A stretch of 64,000 nt of DNA from assembly GCA_973895155.1 (NCBI GenBank), contig OZ316894.1, positions 20,776,451 to 20,840,450 of the forward strand, read 5' to 3'. The notes under the pieces are model-generated. The model searched no databases. It was not told where the DNA came from and saw only the letters and a list, made by a program, of their open reading frames with translations. Position numbers and translations under genes: made by a program. Numbering within the stretch: the first letter of the stretch is position 1; each line of letters opens with the position of its first letter. The DNA comes from Marsupella aquatica (lineage: Eukaryota > Plantae > Marchantiophyta). This document shows, one piece after another, positions 1 through 13,483 of this stretch.

Positions 1-444
1 CTGTTATAAAATGGTTTGAACATAAAAAGTCGGGTAAAAAGTGTCCAGTTGAAAGAGACTGATTAGTATATTTCTTTATAGAGAATGTTGATGTGTGGGT
101 CTGATATTGCTATTGCACTCACTGAGTATTGAACAATTGGATTGACCAGTAATGAAGACCTACACTATCATCCACGAGGAGGGGTCCGAATATCCAGTGA
201 TACCAGTGGTCATATTGTGGGAAAATAACTTTGTCGGACAATGAACAAGATGCTTCAGTGTATTGATGGAACTGACCTAAAAAGTTAGATAAATGTTTGA
301 AGCTCGATCTTAATGTACCTATTCACTAGAGGGGATCAACATATAGACTAAAATGCCCGTGACCAAAGGGGTTTGGTCACAAAAGCTGAACTACTCTTTA
401 TAATTTGTGACTGATTAGTTATTGTCACCAATACATCATGAATG

Positions 445-510
445 TTTCATTAGTATAGTGATCACTCTCGTGAGGGGGAGGTCTCAGGTTCAAAACTCGC
501 GTCCTGAAAT
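445..510 (+). other. tRNA-like Pol III A/B-box pair (possible SINE head remnant)
   Basis: TAGTATAGTGA (451, A-box-like) and GGTTCAAAACT (487, B-box-like) at tRNA-like spacing. No acceptor stem or tail was found. Confidence 0.3.
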
Positions 511-825
511 GCTTTGACCCAAATTTGACTCGCAATAGTACAAAAACATGATAAGTTGGGGTTGCATTTAAATTTGAGAAAAATTAATAAATACAAGGAA
601 AAGATAATTCATTATAATATGATACCTCAAAATAATATAAGTTTGAAATAGAATTCATACATGTAATTTTTATTTGATAAGAGAAAAAATGTATCAAAAC
701 CTAAATGTATCTAAAAGACTAACCTAAATTAACCCTAAATCGTCCACCACCTAATCTGAAATAAATCATAAAGAATTTAATCTTTTTCTCCTCTCATCGT
801 CAACCTTTCGTTGATGTATATACAA

Positions 826-963
826 ACCAGCATCTGAAGGATGAACACGCTTGTCGGCAAAATATTTCTCAAGCAACAAGCATTGTATGCATCGACCAGC
901 ATCTAAAGGATGAACACGCTCGTAGGCAAAATACTTCTCAAGCAACAAGCATTGTATGCATCG
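826..963. repeat. 69-bp tandem duplication (2 copies)
   Basis: accagcatct(g/a)aaggatgaacacgc...gcattgtatgcatcg occurs at 826 and 895. Confidence 0.9.
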
Positions 964-2331
964 AGAACACTCCATCGATGACAACACAAAGCCAAAGTAT
1001 ATCTCCAACAAAAAAGAGTTGCATCCAAATGTCCCGCCAAATGTACTAGATTAAGTGACTATAGGCAGGTCTGTAGCAAATGACTAGGTCATTGCTACCA
1101 CCGGCTAGAGCAAACTCACACTAGTCCAAGAGAATACGATAGAAAACTATCTATGAACGACCCTAATGATCGAGCGCGTCCCTCCACGACCACCTAGGCA
1201 AATGGTAGGTTGCAAGCAATGCTTATGGCACCGCTTGCCCCAGCAAATGCCTATGAGGTCTCTTTGGCCAAAAAAGGCAAAAGAATAAGCAATGAGAGGA
1301 GAAGAGAAGAGAATGAGGAGAATGAACTGAGAGACTCTCCTTTTTATGCTAATCATCTCTAAGTTCCTAATTAATGTCATACCTAAATTCATTAGCGACT
1401 AATTAATATCATACCTAACCTAATTAAAAGCACACCCACCCATTCTTCTAGAATTACTCAAATAAAAATCTATATCTATGTTGAAAAATGAGTGAGAAGT
1501 CCACAAAAGGAATAAAAACACATTTTTTGTTTTGATGTTGACCCCCCTCTTGCAAGAAAAAGGAAAGATTTATAAAACCTGAAATCTCTCCATTCTTTGT
1601 CTTTATTGTTCCTCCCCTTAAAAGACCCTTAAACCATCCATCGCTCCCCACTTCTAAGATAGAATAGGGGTTAGCTTGTTCGATACACTCAACTAGTGTC
1701 TGCCCCCTCTAGCAAGAAAAAAATATAAACAAAGACCATTTTGAAAATCTCTCCCTTAAATACCCTTAAACCTCTCAGCAATTAAAGAAAAAATTCTTTA
1801 AACCCTTATTATTTCTCCCCTTAAAGTAATCCTCCATCCGGGCCAAAAAATAAAAATGTCTCTTTTTGTCTTTTTTATTTTCCCATTCTTTAAAATACCC
1901 TTGATTCTCTATCTGTTTTAATTCTCAAAGAAAATAAAATAATGAGATCAACCATAGGGCATGCTCCTTACTCATCGTTTTTTCTAAAAAAAAGAAGCCC
2001 CTGTAAAAATCTTTTCGAGGTGACCAATTTCACCCAAAAACAAAAAGGAAGCCCTTTTAAGAGTCGTACCTTTTCAAGGTGACTTTGGTCCCAAAGGGAG
2101 ATATATAAAAGCATTAAGAAATTCTGATAACTAAAAGACAAAGACATTAAATGGTGAGAGAATCAAGTACACATGTACATTGAGGGGGGAACATTTAATG
2201 TACTTTCATTTGTGTTGAATACAATATACTCTGTGTACTTCAATTTGTCTTGATCTTGAGTACTCCATACAAACTAAAGAGTGTTAGAATGAATATATTG
2301 TGACTAAAGTATATTTGTGTGCCTCTATACG

Positions 2332-2406
2332 TATGTGGAGAAAGCATATGTGAAGAAAATGTATGTGAAGAAAACGTATGTGGAGAAAACGTATGCGCAG
2401 AAAAAA
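2332..2406. repeat. 15-bp minisatellite (~5 copies)
   Basis: Unit tatgtg(g/a)agaaa(a/g)Y(g/a), repeated. Confidence 0.85.
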
Positions 2407-3020
2407 AATTTGGAGCCATTTTGGGCTCCCACCACAAAGCTGAACTTTAAGTTCAGCCAACAAGTGAATTTTTTGAGCACATGCACCGAGACCAGTAGGT
2501 GGTTGCAATAGACATGATTGATCACCCACTGTATAATTAAGTAAACCAAATATGAACAATGTACCTGTATTTCAATAAGGACTACAGTAACTACTTTTTT
2601 TTTAATTGTTAAGTACTTTACTAAAGGCATCAGTATATGTTATTGGATATTTCTGTGGGTATCTCCACTCAGGCCCCTCAAAGCCTTGCCAAGGGCCTTG
2701 CCTTTGCCCTAACTTGCTGGCAGATGAGTCTGTCCTCCCCTGCCCTGCCCCTCAAGTCCCTCCTTCACCCTTGCCCCTCACTTGTGGCTGTCTGCCTTGT
2801 GAGGACAAGTTTGTGCATGGCCTGCATTTGCGCGCCACACTCTGCCCATGACTTAATTTGCATCTTACACATTTCATCATATTTTGTCTGAAGTTTATTG
2901 TTTTGGCTCAAACTCTTATTCCCACAGTCTTTTATCTCAACTTACTATATTCTGCCTTGACAACATATTATCTGACTAATTTGAGCCTATTTGTCAGTTC
3001 CTTTTGTTTTTGGCTTAGCT

Positions 3021-3364
3021 TGATGAGCATAGACGACATTCGCAACGGCAAGCCCATGAACCATCCAACGCACAATAGTCGACACAGAGAGATACGTGGT
3101 TCACCTCCACATGAGGCTACGTCCACGGGAACACACAAGAGCTTTACTGCACTCTAGGCCGACCGGCCATACCAAGCATCCACAGCACAAGCTCTCCCTA
3201 TCTCTCAACTAGCTCCATAACAATGAGCCTAAGTTCCACCAGGGTCTGGCATCAGCCCTGGCTATATGCACAACAGTACTACCGCTAACCTTAGCTAGGT
3301 CCTAACCCGAGTTAGCCTAACTATGGTTAGCACAAGGGTCACAAGACTAGAGCAATATCTAACA
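3021..3364 (-). repeat. 3' LTR of copia element 1
   Basis: TG...CA ends, adjacent to the PPT, matches 8489-8832. Confidence 0.95.
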
Positions 3365-3593
3365 AACTCCCCCTTGACTCTTGTCTTGGGGACTGGACTA
3401 AATGCTACCATATGGAATCCTCAACGGGAAGTTCTAGACAATCACCAAACCAGGTCTCCCCCTAAAAACCACAAGGGCTAAAAACCACAAGGGTTAACTG
3501 AGGGTTAACTAGAACTAAGTCGTAGCCTAACAGGAATGAGTAATCCATATACAAATAGTCACACATTGTTAAATAACTCTTCTTGCACTACAA

Positions 3594-6500
3594 CTACAAA
3601 ACCTGCAAAGTAGCACGATGTCTTGAGAAACTCTCCAAAGGAATCACTTTGGTAAAGGCATCAGCGGGATTGAGCTTTCCATCAATCTTGACTAGCTCAA
3701 AAGTTTTATCAGACACTGCTTGCCTGATAAAATGGTACCTGATATCAATATGCTTCACCCTGCTATCCATCACCTGGTTAGCAGCCAAGTGAAGAGCACT
3801 CTGACTATCACAGTTTAGAGTCATTTTGCCATGCTCTAAACCCATCTCCGCGATCAACTTATCCAACCAAATCGCTTCCTTTGCTGCTTTTGCTGCTGCA
3901 ACATACTCTGCTTCTGTAGTAGACTGAGATATACACTTTTGCAAGGTAGATTTCCAACTGATACATCCTCCTCCAAGAGTAAATACAAACCCAGTTGTAG
4001 ACCTCCTTGTATCCAGACAGCCCCCATAGTCAGAATCTACATAGCCAACCAACGTTCTATCTGATCTATTATCAAATAGTAATCCATAGTCCTATGTTCC
4101 CTTCAGATACCTGAGAATCGACTTCACAGCTTCCTAGTGTACCTTCCTTGGATTTGACATGAATCTGCTAACCTTGCCCATCACTAGGGCCAAGTCAGGC
4201 CTAGTACAAGTCATCAAATACATCAGACTGCCTACTGCCTTCTCATAAGGAATCTTAGCCATCAGACCTTTCTCCACAGCATCCGTAGGAGAGAAAGCCG
4301 ATGATAACTTGAAATGTGAAGCTAAAGGAATACTCACTGGCTTACAATTTTCCATGTTGAATCGTGCAAGTACTTTCCTCGCATACTGGCCTTGACTCAA
4401 GCACAACTGTCCAGTCTCAGAGTTCCTAAAAATCTCCATCCCTAAGATTCTCTTGGCCTTTCCAAGATCCTTCATCCTGAATTCAACACTCAATTTCGCC
4501 TTGAGACTGCCAACCTCAGATTGATCTTTAGCCACAATCAACATGTCATCCACATAGATAACCAGAATGATGAAACCAAATACATCATTCTTGACTGATT
4601 TCGTATACACACAAGGATAATAATACACCATCCTTGTAAAACCTTGAGCAAACATGAAATCATCAACCCGCTTGTTCCATTGTCTGGGAGACTGCTTCAA
4701 TCCATACAAGGACTTGAGCAATCTGCAAACTAAGTTCTCTTGGCCCTTCTTCATAAAGCCTAGTGGTTGTCTCATGAAGATCATCTCTTCCAAGTTGCCA
4801 TAGAGAAAAGCAGTAACAACATCCATCTGATCCATCACCAGAAACATAACAAGCTGACACAAGATCCGAATTGTGGAATACTTAGCAACCGGTGAAAAGA
4901 CCTCATTGTAATCTAGTCCTTTCTCTTGAGTGAATCCCTTGGCAACAAGCCTTGCCTTGTAGATCTTGTCTCCACCCTCTGAAGGACTATCCTTCAACTT
5001 GTAAATCCACTTGCTGTCCACCACTTGCTGACCTCTTGGAAGCTCCACCAGCTCCCATGTCTTGTTGTCACTCAAAGATTGCAACTCCCTCTGCATTGCT
5101 GCATTCCACTCATGCTTTTGTTCTGAAGCACAAGCCTCACTGTACGAAGAAGGCTCTCCTTCTTCCAAGATCAAAGCCATATCATCTTCATCAGGTGCAA
5201 TGTCAATATCATCTAGCTTAGACAAGTCTGCCCATTTACCATACCTGGTAGGAGCTCTAGTAGAACGACTGGAAGTTCTTCTAGTAGATGACTTATGCTG
5301 ATCTGTTGCTGCTGCTGGTTGAATTTGAGGTACCCCAGCAACAATTTGCTCCTCTTGTTCCATCACAGGAACCAGCTCCAAGCCCGGAGGTTCTCCATCT
5401 CTCCTGTCATGAACTACATCATGACTAATCTCCCCCTCAACCCGGTCCGGGATGGGAGATTTCCCTTGCCAGTATGGGAGTCCTGAGAACTCTCCCCCTC
5501 TTTTGATGATCTGGATTCATTAAAGGACACATCTCTACTGACAATTAGCTTACAGGTTACTGGATCCCATAACCTATAACCCTTCACACCTTTCTGATAA
5601 CCAAGGAAAATGCACTTCTTTGACTTGGACTCCAGCTTGGATCGAAGCTGGGAAGGTGTAAGCACATAAGCATCACATCCAAAAATCCTCAGATGTGAGT
5701 AATCTGCTGGACGCCCGTACCTCATTTCAAATGGCGTCTTGAATCCAATAGAACTGGATGGAGAAAAATTTACCAAATAAGCTGTAGTGTTGACAGCTTC
5801 AGCCCAAAACTCATGTGGTAAGCATGATTGACTCAACATACTCCTCGAGCGGTCCAATAGTGTTTGGTTGAGTCTCTCAGAAACACCATTCTGCTGAGGA
5901 GTATAACTTGTTGTGAGATGGCGGGTAATCCCCTGCTCCTTATAATACATTCCAAATTCCCCGGAACTGTATTCATCGTCGTTATCCAATCGAAGATATC
6001 TCACCTATTACCGGTCTGATTCTCAACTTGGGCTTTCCACTCCTTAAAAGTGGCAAAAATATCAGACTTATTGTGTAGAGAGTATATCCACACATACCTT
6101 GAGTAATCGTCTATGAACGTGACATAGTATAACAGTCCAGAATGTGAGAGAGTAGGGGCTGGACCCCACACATCACTATGTACATACTCAAGTACCTCCT
6201 TGCTGGTGTGAGTTCCAACTCCGAAGGGTTTCCTGTGCTGCTTCCCTAGCACACAGTGCTCACAAAATTCCAACTTACAAGATTGCAAATTAGAAAGTAA
6301 ACCTTTCTTCTGAAGAATAACCAAACCTTTTTCACTCATGTGGCCCAAACGGAAGTGCCACAGCCGGGCTGTCTCCTCATGAGATAAGGTTACATTGGCT
6401 TCATCACAAACTACACTGCCCTCCAAAACGTATAGATTGCTATGTCTCTTTCCCTTCAATACAACTTTAGTACCAGTTGAAACCTGAAGGACACAATCAG

Positions 6501-7663
6501 CAGAGCTCCACTGATGGCCATTTGCTTCTAAAACTCCAAGTGAAATGAGATTTTTCATCATGCTGGGAATATGTCTCACATTCCTCAACGTTCTCACAAC
6601 ACCATCAAATATCTGAAATCTTACAGATCCAAGTCCAACAACTTGACATGGGATTCCATTTCCCATCAACACTGACCCGTTGGAAACCATGTAAGAACTG
6701 AAACAATCTCTCCTAGAGCAAATGTGAAAAGTACATGCACTATCTAGAATCCAGTCATCACTACTTGGATTTGACACTACGTTGAGAGCATAACTTTGAC
6801 ATCATAATATGTCATCATCATCGAGTAAATCTACCTCATGCGAGCTCGATGCCGCATTAGCAGAGGCAGTAGGGACCTTTACTCGACAATCCCTTTTCAT
6901 GTGGCGAGGCTTGCCACAATTCCAACATGCAAGAGGCTTCCTCTCTTGAGATTTCCCTTTGGATTTAGATCTCCCCCGTGATGTAGATCTAAACCTGTTC
7001 TGCCCATTCGTGCGCTGCGCTGCTCTTCCCCTGTTCACATTCAGCGCAGTGCCAAAAGAAGATGCTGTCTGTGATTGGCCCAACTTCTTCTGAGCATCAT
7101 CAGACAGTAATGAACTCACCACCTCATTATACGAAATGGACTTCAAATCTCTGTACAAGAGCACCTGTTTCAAGCCCTGATAAGATGACGGTAAGGAGCT
7201 TAGCAGAAGCAAGGCCTTATCCTCATCTTCAACTCCTTTTCCCAGGTTTGACAGATCCACCGCTAGACTGTCAAATTCATCCAGGTGATCCTGCATCTTG
7301 CTCCCTTCCTTGAGCCTAAGGCTCATCAAGAGAGACTTCTTGTACAGCCGGTCTGACGCATCTTCTCGGTAGTACTTCTCTCTTAGAGCCTTGAACAGTG
7401 ACGTGCAATCCGCATAATCATCCAGCTGCTTGATGATGTGCGGCTTGAGATATAGCATCACTACATTGACAGCAATCACCTGCTCCTGTCTCCATTGCCT
7501 CACTAAAATCTCCTCCTCTCCATCATACTGCTCTCGCGATGAAAGCAGATGAGCTAAGCCCATGGCCCGTAGAACACCTTTCACTTGCTTCTCCCAGAGC
7601 AAGTAATCAGTACGACCATCGTACTTCTCCACCTCAAACTTCACTCCTCCAAATCTAGCCATC
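3594..7663 (-). pseudogene. copia gag-pol polyprotein, disrupted
   Basis: gag (VEKYDGRTDY, zinc knuckle CWNCGKPRHMKRDC), protease WILDSAC, integrase (WHFRLGHMS, CEHC, VHSDVWGP, QQNGVSER), RT (KARLVAKGF, YVDDML), RNase H (VDSDYGG, KHIDIRYHFIR). Broken by stops at about 6802 and 4134 and frameshifts near 6001 and 5400. Confidence 0.95.
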
Positions 7664-8488
7664 TCCCTCTTCTTCCCTACTACCGACAGCTCTGGTAGTA
7701 ACACAGCTTCCTCCACTGCACGCTGCACCGGTGATCGTACCGGTGTTATAAGTTCCTCCTCAAACGGTAGCAGCTCCTCCTCAGACTCTCCGTCTGACCG
7801 TCGCGATCCTCAGCCGCCTCCGCTTTGGTTTCCAATGAGAAAAGTGATGACCGCCGACATGAAAATGTTTCCGAATTGCACCGGCACGTCTGAAGCTCCA
7901 CCAGAGAAAGAACTTCAGTTGCGTCGCCTTCACTCCGCGTCAAGTGCCAATCCCGGACTCAAAATGACCGTCTCGCCACAATCTCTCCGTTGAGCCTCAG
8001 CACTTCGCGTTTCTTCCTCCGAGTCAAGCGTCATGACGAGTAATCCGGTTCAGGGAAAAACAAGCACCATAGCTTGTCAAAAAACTAGAACGCCTCCTTC
8101 ACTCGTCACGACGCACTTGTTCCGCAAACGTCAGCAAACTAGATACCAAAACGACCAGCACGCTCCAACCTTCAACTTGAACTATCACATGCGACGCCCC
8201 GCACACCGCACAACTCACACCGTTGAAGAAACGATCTCTGGTTTCTCCCCCAAAATACCGTCGAACACGAATAAACCCTGAACGACGCAAACATCAAATC
8301 CTCCGCACCACGGATACCGATCAACGAGTTCTAACCACCGTTAGAAAGCCCTCTCACTAACCTATCCGCACAACCACATACATTTGAGTTTAATGCGATG
8401 AAACTCCGAATGTACCATCGACAATGAACGCTGGAAAAACCTGTCATGAAAAAACCTCGTCACCTCCCAGGCATGCTCTAATACCACT

Positions 8489-8832
8489 TGATGAGCATAG
8501 ACAACATTCGCAACGGCAAGCCCATGAACCATCCAACGCACAATAGTCGACACAGAGAGATACGTGGTTCACCTCCACATGAGGCTACGTCCACGGGAAC
8601 ACACAAGAGCTTTACTGCACTCTAGGCCGACCAGCCATACCAAGCATCCACAGCACAAGCTCTCCCTATCTCTCAACTAGCTCCGTAACAATGAGCCTAA
8701 GTTCCACCAGGGTCTGGCATCAGCCCTGGCTATATGCACAACAGCACTACCGCTAACCTTAGCTAGGTCCTAACCCGAGTTAGCCTAACTATGGTTAGCA
8801 CAAGAGTCACAAGACTAGAGCAATATCTAACA
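8489..8832 (-). repeat. 5' LTR of copia element 1
   Basis: TG...CA ends, adjacent to the PBS, followed by TSD TAGCT. Confidence 0.95.
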
Positions 8833-9226
8833 TAGCTATGTGATATATTTATACTCGTGAGCAAAGCATGACTTCAAAATAAAACAGAAAAGGCTCATAA
8901 GAAGCCATATTTAGTGTCCCTTCCTTAAACTTTCTGCTTGCCTGCTAATGCGGGCTTTGGTTCCTTCCTGGGTTTTTCTCCAATGTTTCATTCGTTTTAC
9001 TTGAGCTTCTTCCCTTTGGTCTGACCCTGAACCCGAGGCTTGGCCTACACTTGTACTGACTTGTGGTCTATATATTTTGGCCAATTTCCCTCTCTGATGG
9101 GCCGACCCTTGATCTCCCAGAACTTGTATCTATCCTATTCCGAAACTGGTTAAATTACTAATCTTGCCACAAAAGTACATTACTATCAGATTCCCCCCCC
9201 CCCCCCCCCCCTTCGTGTATGGATTG

Positions 9227-9360
9227 GCCTGACAGTTTGACCATGTACTGGGTTAGCCTTAACCCATATACAAAATGCCTGACAGTTTGACCATGTACTG
9301 GTTAGCCTTAACCATATACAAAATTCCTGACAGTTTGACCATGTACTGGTTAGCCTTAAC
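9227..9360. repeat. ~49-bp tandem repeat (~3 copies) after a poly-C tract
   Basis: Unit cctgacagtttgaccatgtactggttagccttaac. Confidence 0.9.
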
Positions 9361-9740
9361 GGGGCAGCTTGGCAAATTAATTTGTTTGGAGGGCAGGTTA
9401 TCAAATTTGGATTGTTTGGGGGGCAGGATAGTAAAAAGCTGTCTACCAAAAACCACATGCATGTTTGCGCCAAAAACCAACATTTTACACTTGGTCGGGG
9501 TGACTGTCTGGAAAAAGTACTTTGGGTGGCCTTCTCAAAAGTGAAGCATCCATCCAAAAAGCAGCCGGTCAGTGTGAATTCAGGCAGTGAAATAATGCAA
9601 GCATGTTACTTAATCCATGGGGATTGGGCAAAGAAAACCCCTAGGTCCATCCAGGCTTAATATTCCTCCACTCTCGATGTCAATTCACCTGTCTTGGGTA
9701 CAGTGCAAGTTTTTCCGGTTTCCATGGCTCGTTCTGGGAA

Positions 9741-9796
9741 GCAGGGGTCTGATTCTACCACTCCCAGTGCAGGGGTCTGATTCTACCACTCCCAGT
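9741..9796. repeat. 28-bp perfect tandem duplication
   Basis: gcaggggtctgattctaccactcccagt x2. Confidence 0.9.
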
Positions 9797-9986
9797 GGCA
9801 AGCATTGACACCGTTCGATGGTCGCCAGAAGAAATGTTGTCCCTTGGGAGAAAACCAGGGAGAAAACCATGAATAAATTGTATATAGTTATGTCCTGTTT
9901 ACAGGGCATTGTGGGATATAACTTCTTGAAAAAGTAGAGCCTTAACTAGAGTATTGAAGGGCTATTATTACTCTCACTGATTTCAG

Positions 9987-10395
9987 GAAAACTAGAGACT
10001 AATAATACCAACCAGGCTATGGAAAAGTAAAACTAGAGACTGATAATACCAACCAGGCTATGGAAATCTTGACCTGGCATTCTTCTCCCATAACATTGAA
10101 AATACAAGAAACAAATCAAGAACGGCATTACTAGAGAATAATATCATTAACCAGGCTATGAGAATCTCGACCCGGCATTTTCTCCCATAATGCACTGATA
10201 AATACAAAACACAAGAAGTGCATTTCTAGAGATTAATATCATTAACCAGGCTATGAGAATCTCGTCCCGGCATTTTCTCCCATAATGCACTGATAAATGC
10301 AAGTGAAAACACAAGAAGGGCAATACTAGAGAATAACATCATTAACCAGGCTATGAGAATCTGGACCAGGCATTTTCTCCCAGTATCTTACTTAT
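9987..10395. repeat. ~95-100-bp tandem array (about 4 copies plus a partial)
   Basis: Recurring ctagagaataatatcattaaccaggctatgagaatctcgacccggcattttctcccataa. Confidence 0.85.
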
Positions 10396-10968
10396 AAATC
10401 TGCAACTACAAGCTAGAGTTGAGGTCTAGCTTCTAGAGTGAAGTCTCTAGACCGTAACTCCATGGCTCATCATGTGGAATGGTGAGAAAACTGATGTCTA
10501 TGATGTATGTCATGTCAAATGATAATCATGATTGCTTTTTGTTATGATTTCTATTTATATTAAAAAACTGATCTGTATGGTCCCACCATATTGTATGTGC
10601 ATAAGTGGGATGTAGGATAGAAAAATTAGGGATGTACACAGAAAAAAATACTATGGTATGTTATGTTTGATTATTAAAATGATGATATGTATGATAATTT
10701 TTTTATCATTTCATTAACTTTGAATATATTTTGGTGACAATTTTATTGTCCTCCCCGCTATTCACGTTCAAAGACGGGTACTCCGGGCTAGTGCACCTAT
10801 GAACCCAACAGAAAACACAAGAAGGGCATTGAGAGACCACAGCGACTCAGTCAACCACAGTCAATCCGGTCTACTACCATTGTAATTAATTGCAAATCCA
10901 CTCCCCGTGAAATGCGAGCAGCGGCAGTCCCGAGCGTGCGAAATCACCCTGTGATACATTACGATACT

Positions 10969-11298
10969 GCGATTCAAGAATTCAAGAGATCCCTGATCCC
11001 GGGAAGTCCTCTTTCTGTTGCGGTATAGTACACGTTCCCCGACCCCTACATGTTTACAAGGAGCCTCAAGAATGGATTCTCTCATTCTCCTCTAGACTAT
11101 CTCTTAAACCACCAGATCATGGAATAAACTCAGAGTCAGTGACCCGATTTCAAGAGATCCCGGGAATTCCTCGTTTTGTGGCTGCTTACAGGTTCTCCGA
11201 CCGCTAGGTTATGGCAGTCTGAAGCAAGGATTGTCGCATTCTCCTCTAGATTACAGTTCGGACCATCGGATCCTACAACAAACTCCGAGTCTGTCGTG
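10969..11298. repeat. Diverged ~170-bp tandem duplication
   Basis: ttcaagagatcc, gggaa.tcctc, cattctcctctaga and aaactc.gagtc each occur twice in the same order. Confidence 0.7.
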
Positions 11299-12670
11299 AG
11301 CTGAAACCGGCGGATTGTCTGGGGCGGGTTGTACTCTTAATTGGAAAATGGGCAAGTGCAAGAAATTTGTCCGCTTTCGGCTGTTTTTTCGCGAATTCTC
11401 GAGGTAACGTCTCTCTATGAACGGATTGTGGGCAGGCAGTTGTTCGGTTCGATTCGTCGGGAATGATGACTGATGAGCGTCGAATGTAGAGCAGGGGAGG
11501 CGTGTGCTCGTGGACTCGTGAAGTGATCGATCGACCGACCCAGGTGGATCTATCGGAGCGCTGGCTCTAGGCGTGTGGATGCATAGCCGTTAAAAAGGAT
11601 TCTGTTCTGTTGCTAGCTCCTGCGTGGCTCGTGGCAGGACTGTGTGATACCATGACTAGAAGAGACTGAAGCTCTGGTTCCTTCAGGTGCCGCTTTGCAG
11701 CTCCTGTCGAGATCCAATTCAGGGTCTGTAGGAGCCCCCTTGGTCACCACTGACAGACAGAGCACTGTAGAGCTCGAAGCTCGACGACGTCGTCTGGACT
11801 TCCTCGATTGATGCAGTTGTAGCGAGCTGGGTGCCACTGCAATTGAGCTCGAATTGTGCAAAATCCTGAAAAGGGCTAAGAGTGAGTATATATTTGCTGC
11901 CGAAATCAAATTCACGTTCTATCCAGATGATTTGGTAGTATGGATTTTCGAGTTTCCCAGACATTGCTGTAGTTTCGATCTCTATAGTTAGTTGAGAAGC
12001 TGTGGTCATTGTGCAGTGTGTTTGGTCGTGGAGTGTGGAGGAGGAGGCACAGGGGACGAATGTGTTAGCCTGTGAGTACACGCTGACTGGCTTGCTCTTG
12101 CCTCTCCCCGAAAACTAATGTGACATCAATTAGTGATGAAGTTGGAGAACAATGCTAAGTATGCTTGAACGCTGAACTCGAACACGTGCTGCGCTTTCGT
12201 TCCTGCCAATTATTTCACAGTGCTTGTGTCTGTTATGATTATGTTAATTTGTCATGGGCTTGACGTAAAATCTACAAGGATGTTGGTCTTTCTAGAGTAC
12301 TCATTTTCGTGCACTCGCTAATTGAATGTTGTCTAGTGGCTTTGCCTCTAGAACGAACGACCCACATTTGGCCCATGGTGGGATAAAACTGAGTGAACAA
12401 GAGCAGCTTTGTTTACAGTCCTGTCAGCTTTGATGCTTTGATCAGAGTGGGAGCGCGAAACAGTCGGATCGAAGTTCCCTTTCTTCAATTTTTCCGGGAA
12501 GAGAGGCACTGTTAGTGCAACTCAACCCCACGGACAGGATTGTTTTAGACGGAGGTTGTTTTCATGTGATAGGTTTGCAGAGGCGCGGTCTGGGGACACT
12601 TGAGAGAGACGTCGTTTTTTTAACCTAGAGAGAGGTAGATGTAGGAGGGGAGAGTTGTGCGGCTACTAAC

Positions 12671-13483
12671 ATGAATCCGTTGTGGTCCAAGAACAGTATG
12701 AAAGACCGTCAACTTGAAACGGTGGCGATGACTATTACAGCCGCAGAGGCGTCTTCCATAATTGCCATGAAGTACCCGGATTTGCCGGAGGAATTTCCCA
12801 TACCCGAAGCGAAATTCTGCACTCCACCTCCTCCAACGCGGCTAAGACGGAAGAGGACTCATTCGCCATACGTACCCAAGCGGATGAAGCTGGTGGATCA
12901 CTTCAACCAGATGGCAGACAAAAGTATGACGATCCTCTACCCATCCCTGTACTCTACAGAAGACTACCAGGAAGAGGTCGCTTTCCTTCCTTGCGTTTCG
13001 CCACTCAAAGCCGAGCGAATGTCTTCCCGTCTGCGTTTGCGAGCCTTATCCACTCCTACCAAGAAGAATAAGCGAGCTTCACGCAGTCCCTTAGACTGTG
13101 CTAAAAGATTTCGGGCTCACCAAACTGCCTATCACAGCCCTGTTGGTCTAAAACGTAAGGTGAGTTGGAATCACCCTCCTCATCGTCTTCACTGTCGGAC
13201 ACATGGATTGCAAAAACAGCTTGGTTCGATTGTATGTACTAATTGGAAATATTCATTGTGGGAGTTGATTGCCTAGAGGTTCCAATTTTAGGACCTGATT
13301 TGTTGATTCTGTAAGAGGTTTCAGTTTGATGAAGATTCATGAAGCTTTGCTATAATAGTGAGGTTTGCTTTCATTGTATGGGTGCAGATTTTACGTCTGA
13401 TGGGAGCGTCGAAATCGCCCCACGGCAGCAAATACATCAGCATTCCAGGCAAAGCAAAACTGGGACTTTATTTGTCATCATAG
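12671..13483 (+). CDS. Putative two-exon gene, ~194-aa basic Ser/Thr-Pro-rich protein of unknown function
   Basis: ATG at 12671, open 163 codons to a strong donor AAG|GTGAGT (13159/13160). Acceptor TGCAG at 13387, then an in-frame exon to TAG at 13483. No recognised domain. Confidence 0.45.

Larger units (their letters stand above)
3021..8832 (-). mobile_element. Full-length but defective Ty1/copia LTR retrotransposon (element 1)
   Basis: 344-bp TG...CA LTRs at 3021-3364 and 8489-8832, with 5 transitions counted between them. TSD TAGCT at 3016-3020 and 8833-8837. tRNA-Met-type PBS TGGTATTAGAGC near 8475-8486 and PPT AGGGGGAGTT at 3365-3374. Domain order gag-PR-IN-RT-RH. Confidence 0.97.

Noticed and set aside
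9987-10395. Regularly spaced repeats resembling a CRISPR array
   Set aside because: The intervening sequences are homologous to each other, there are no cas genes and the context is eukaryotic.
10752-10792. Possible Helitron 3' end (cccg...cggg...CTAG|T)
   Set aside because: The hairpin is poor and no 5' TC end or rep/helicase sequence was found.
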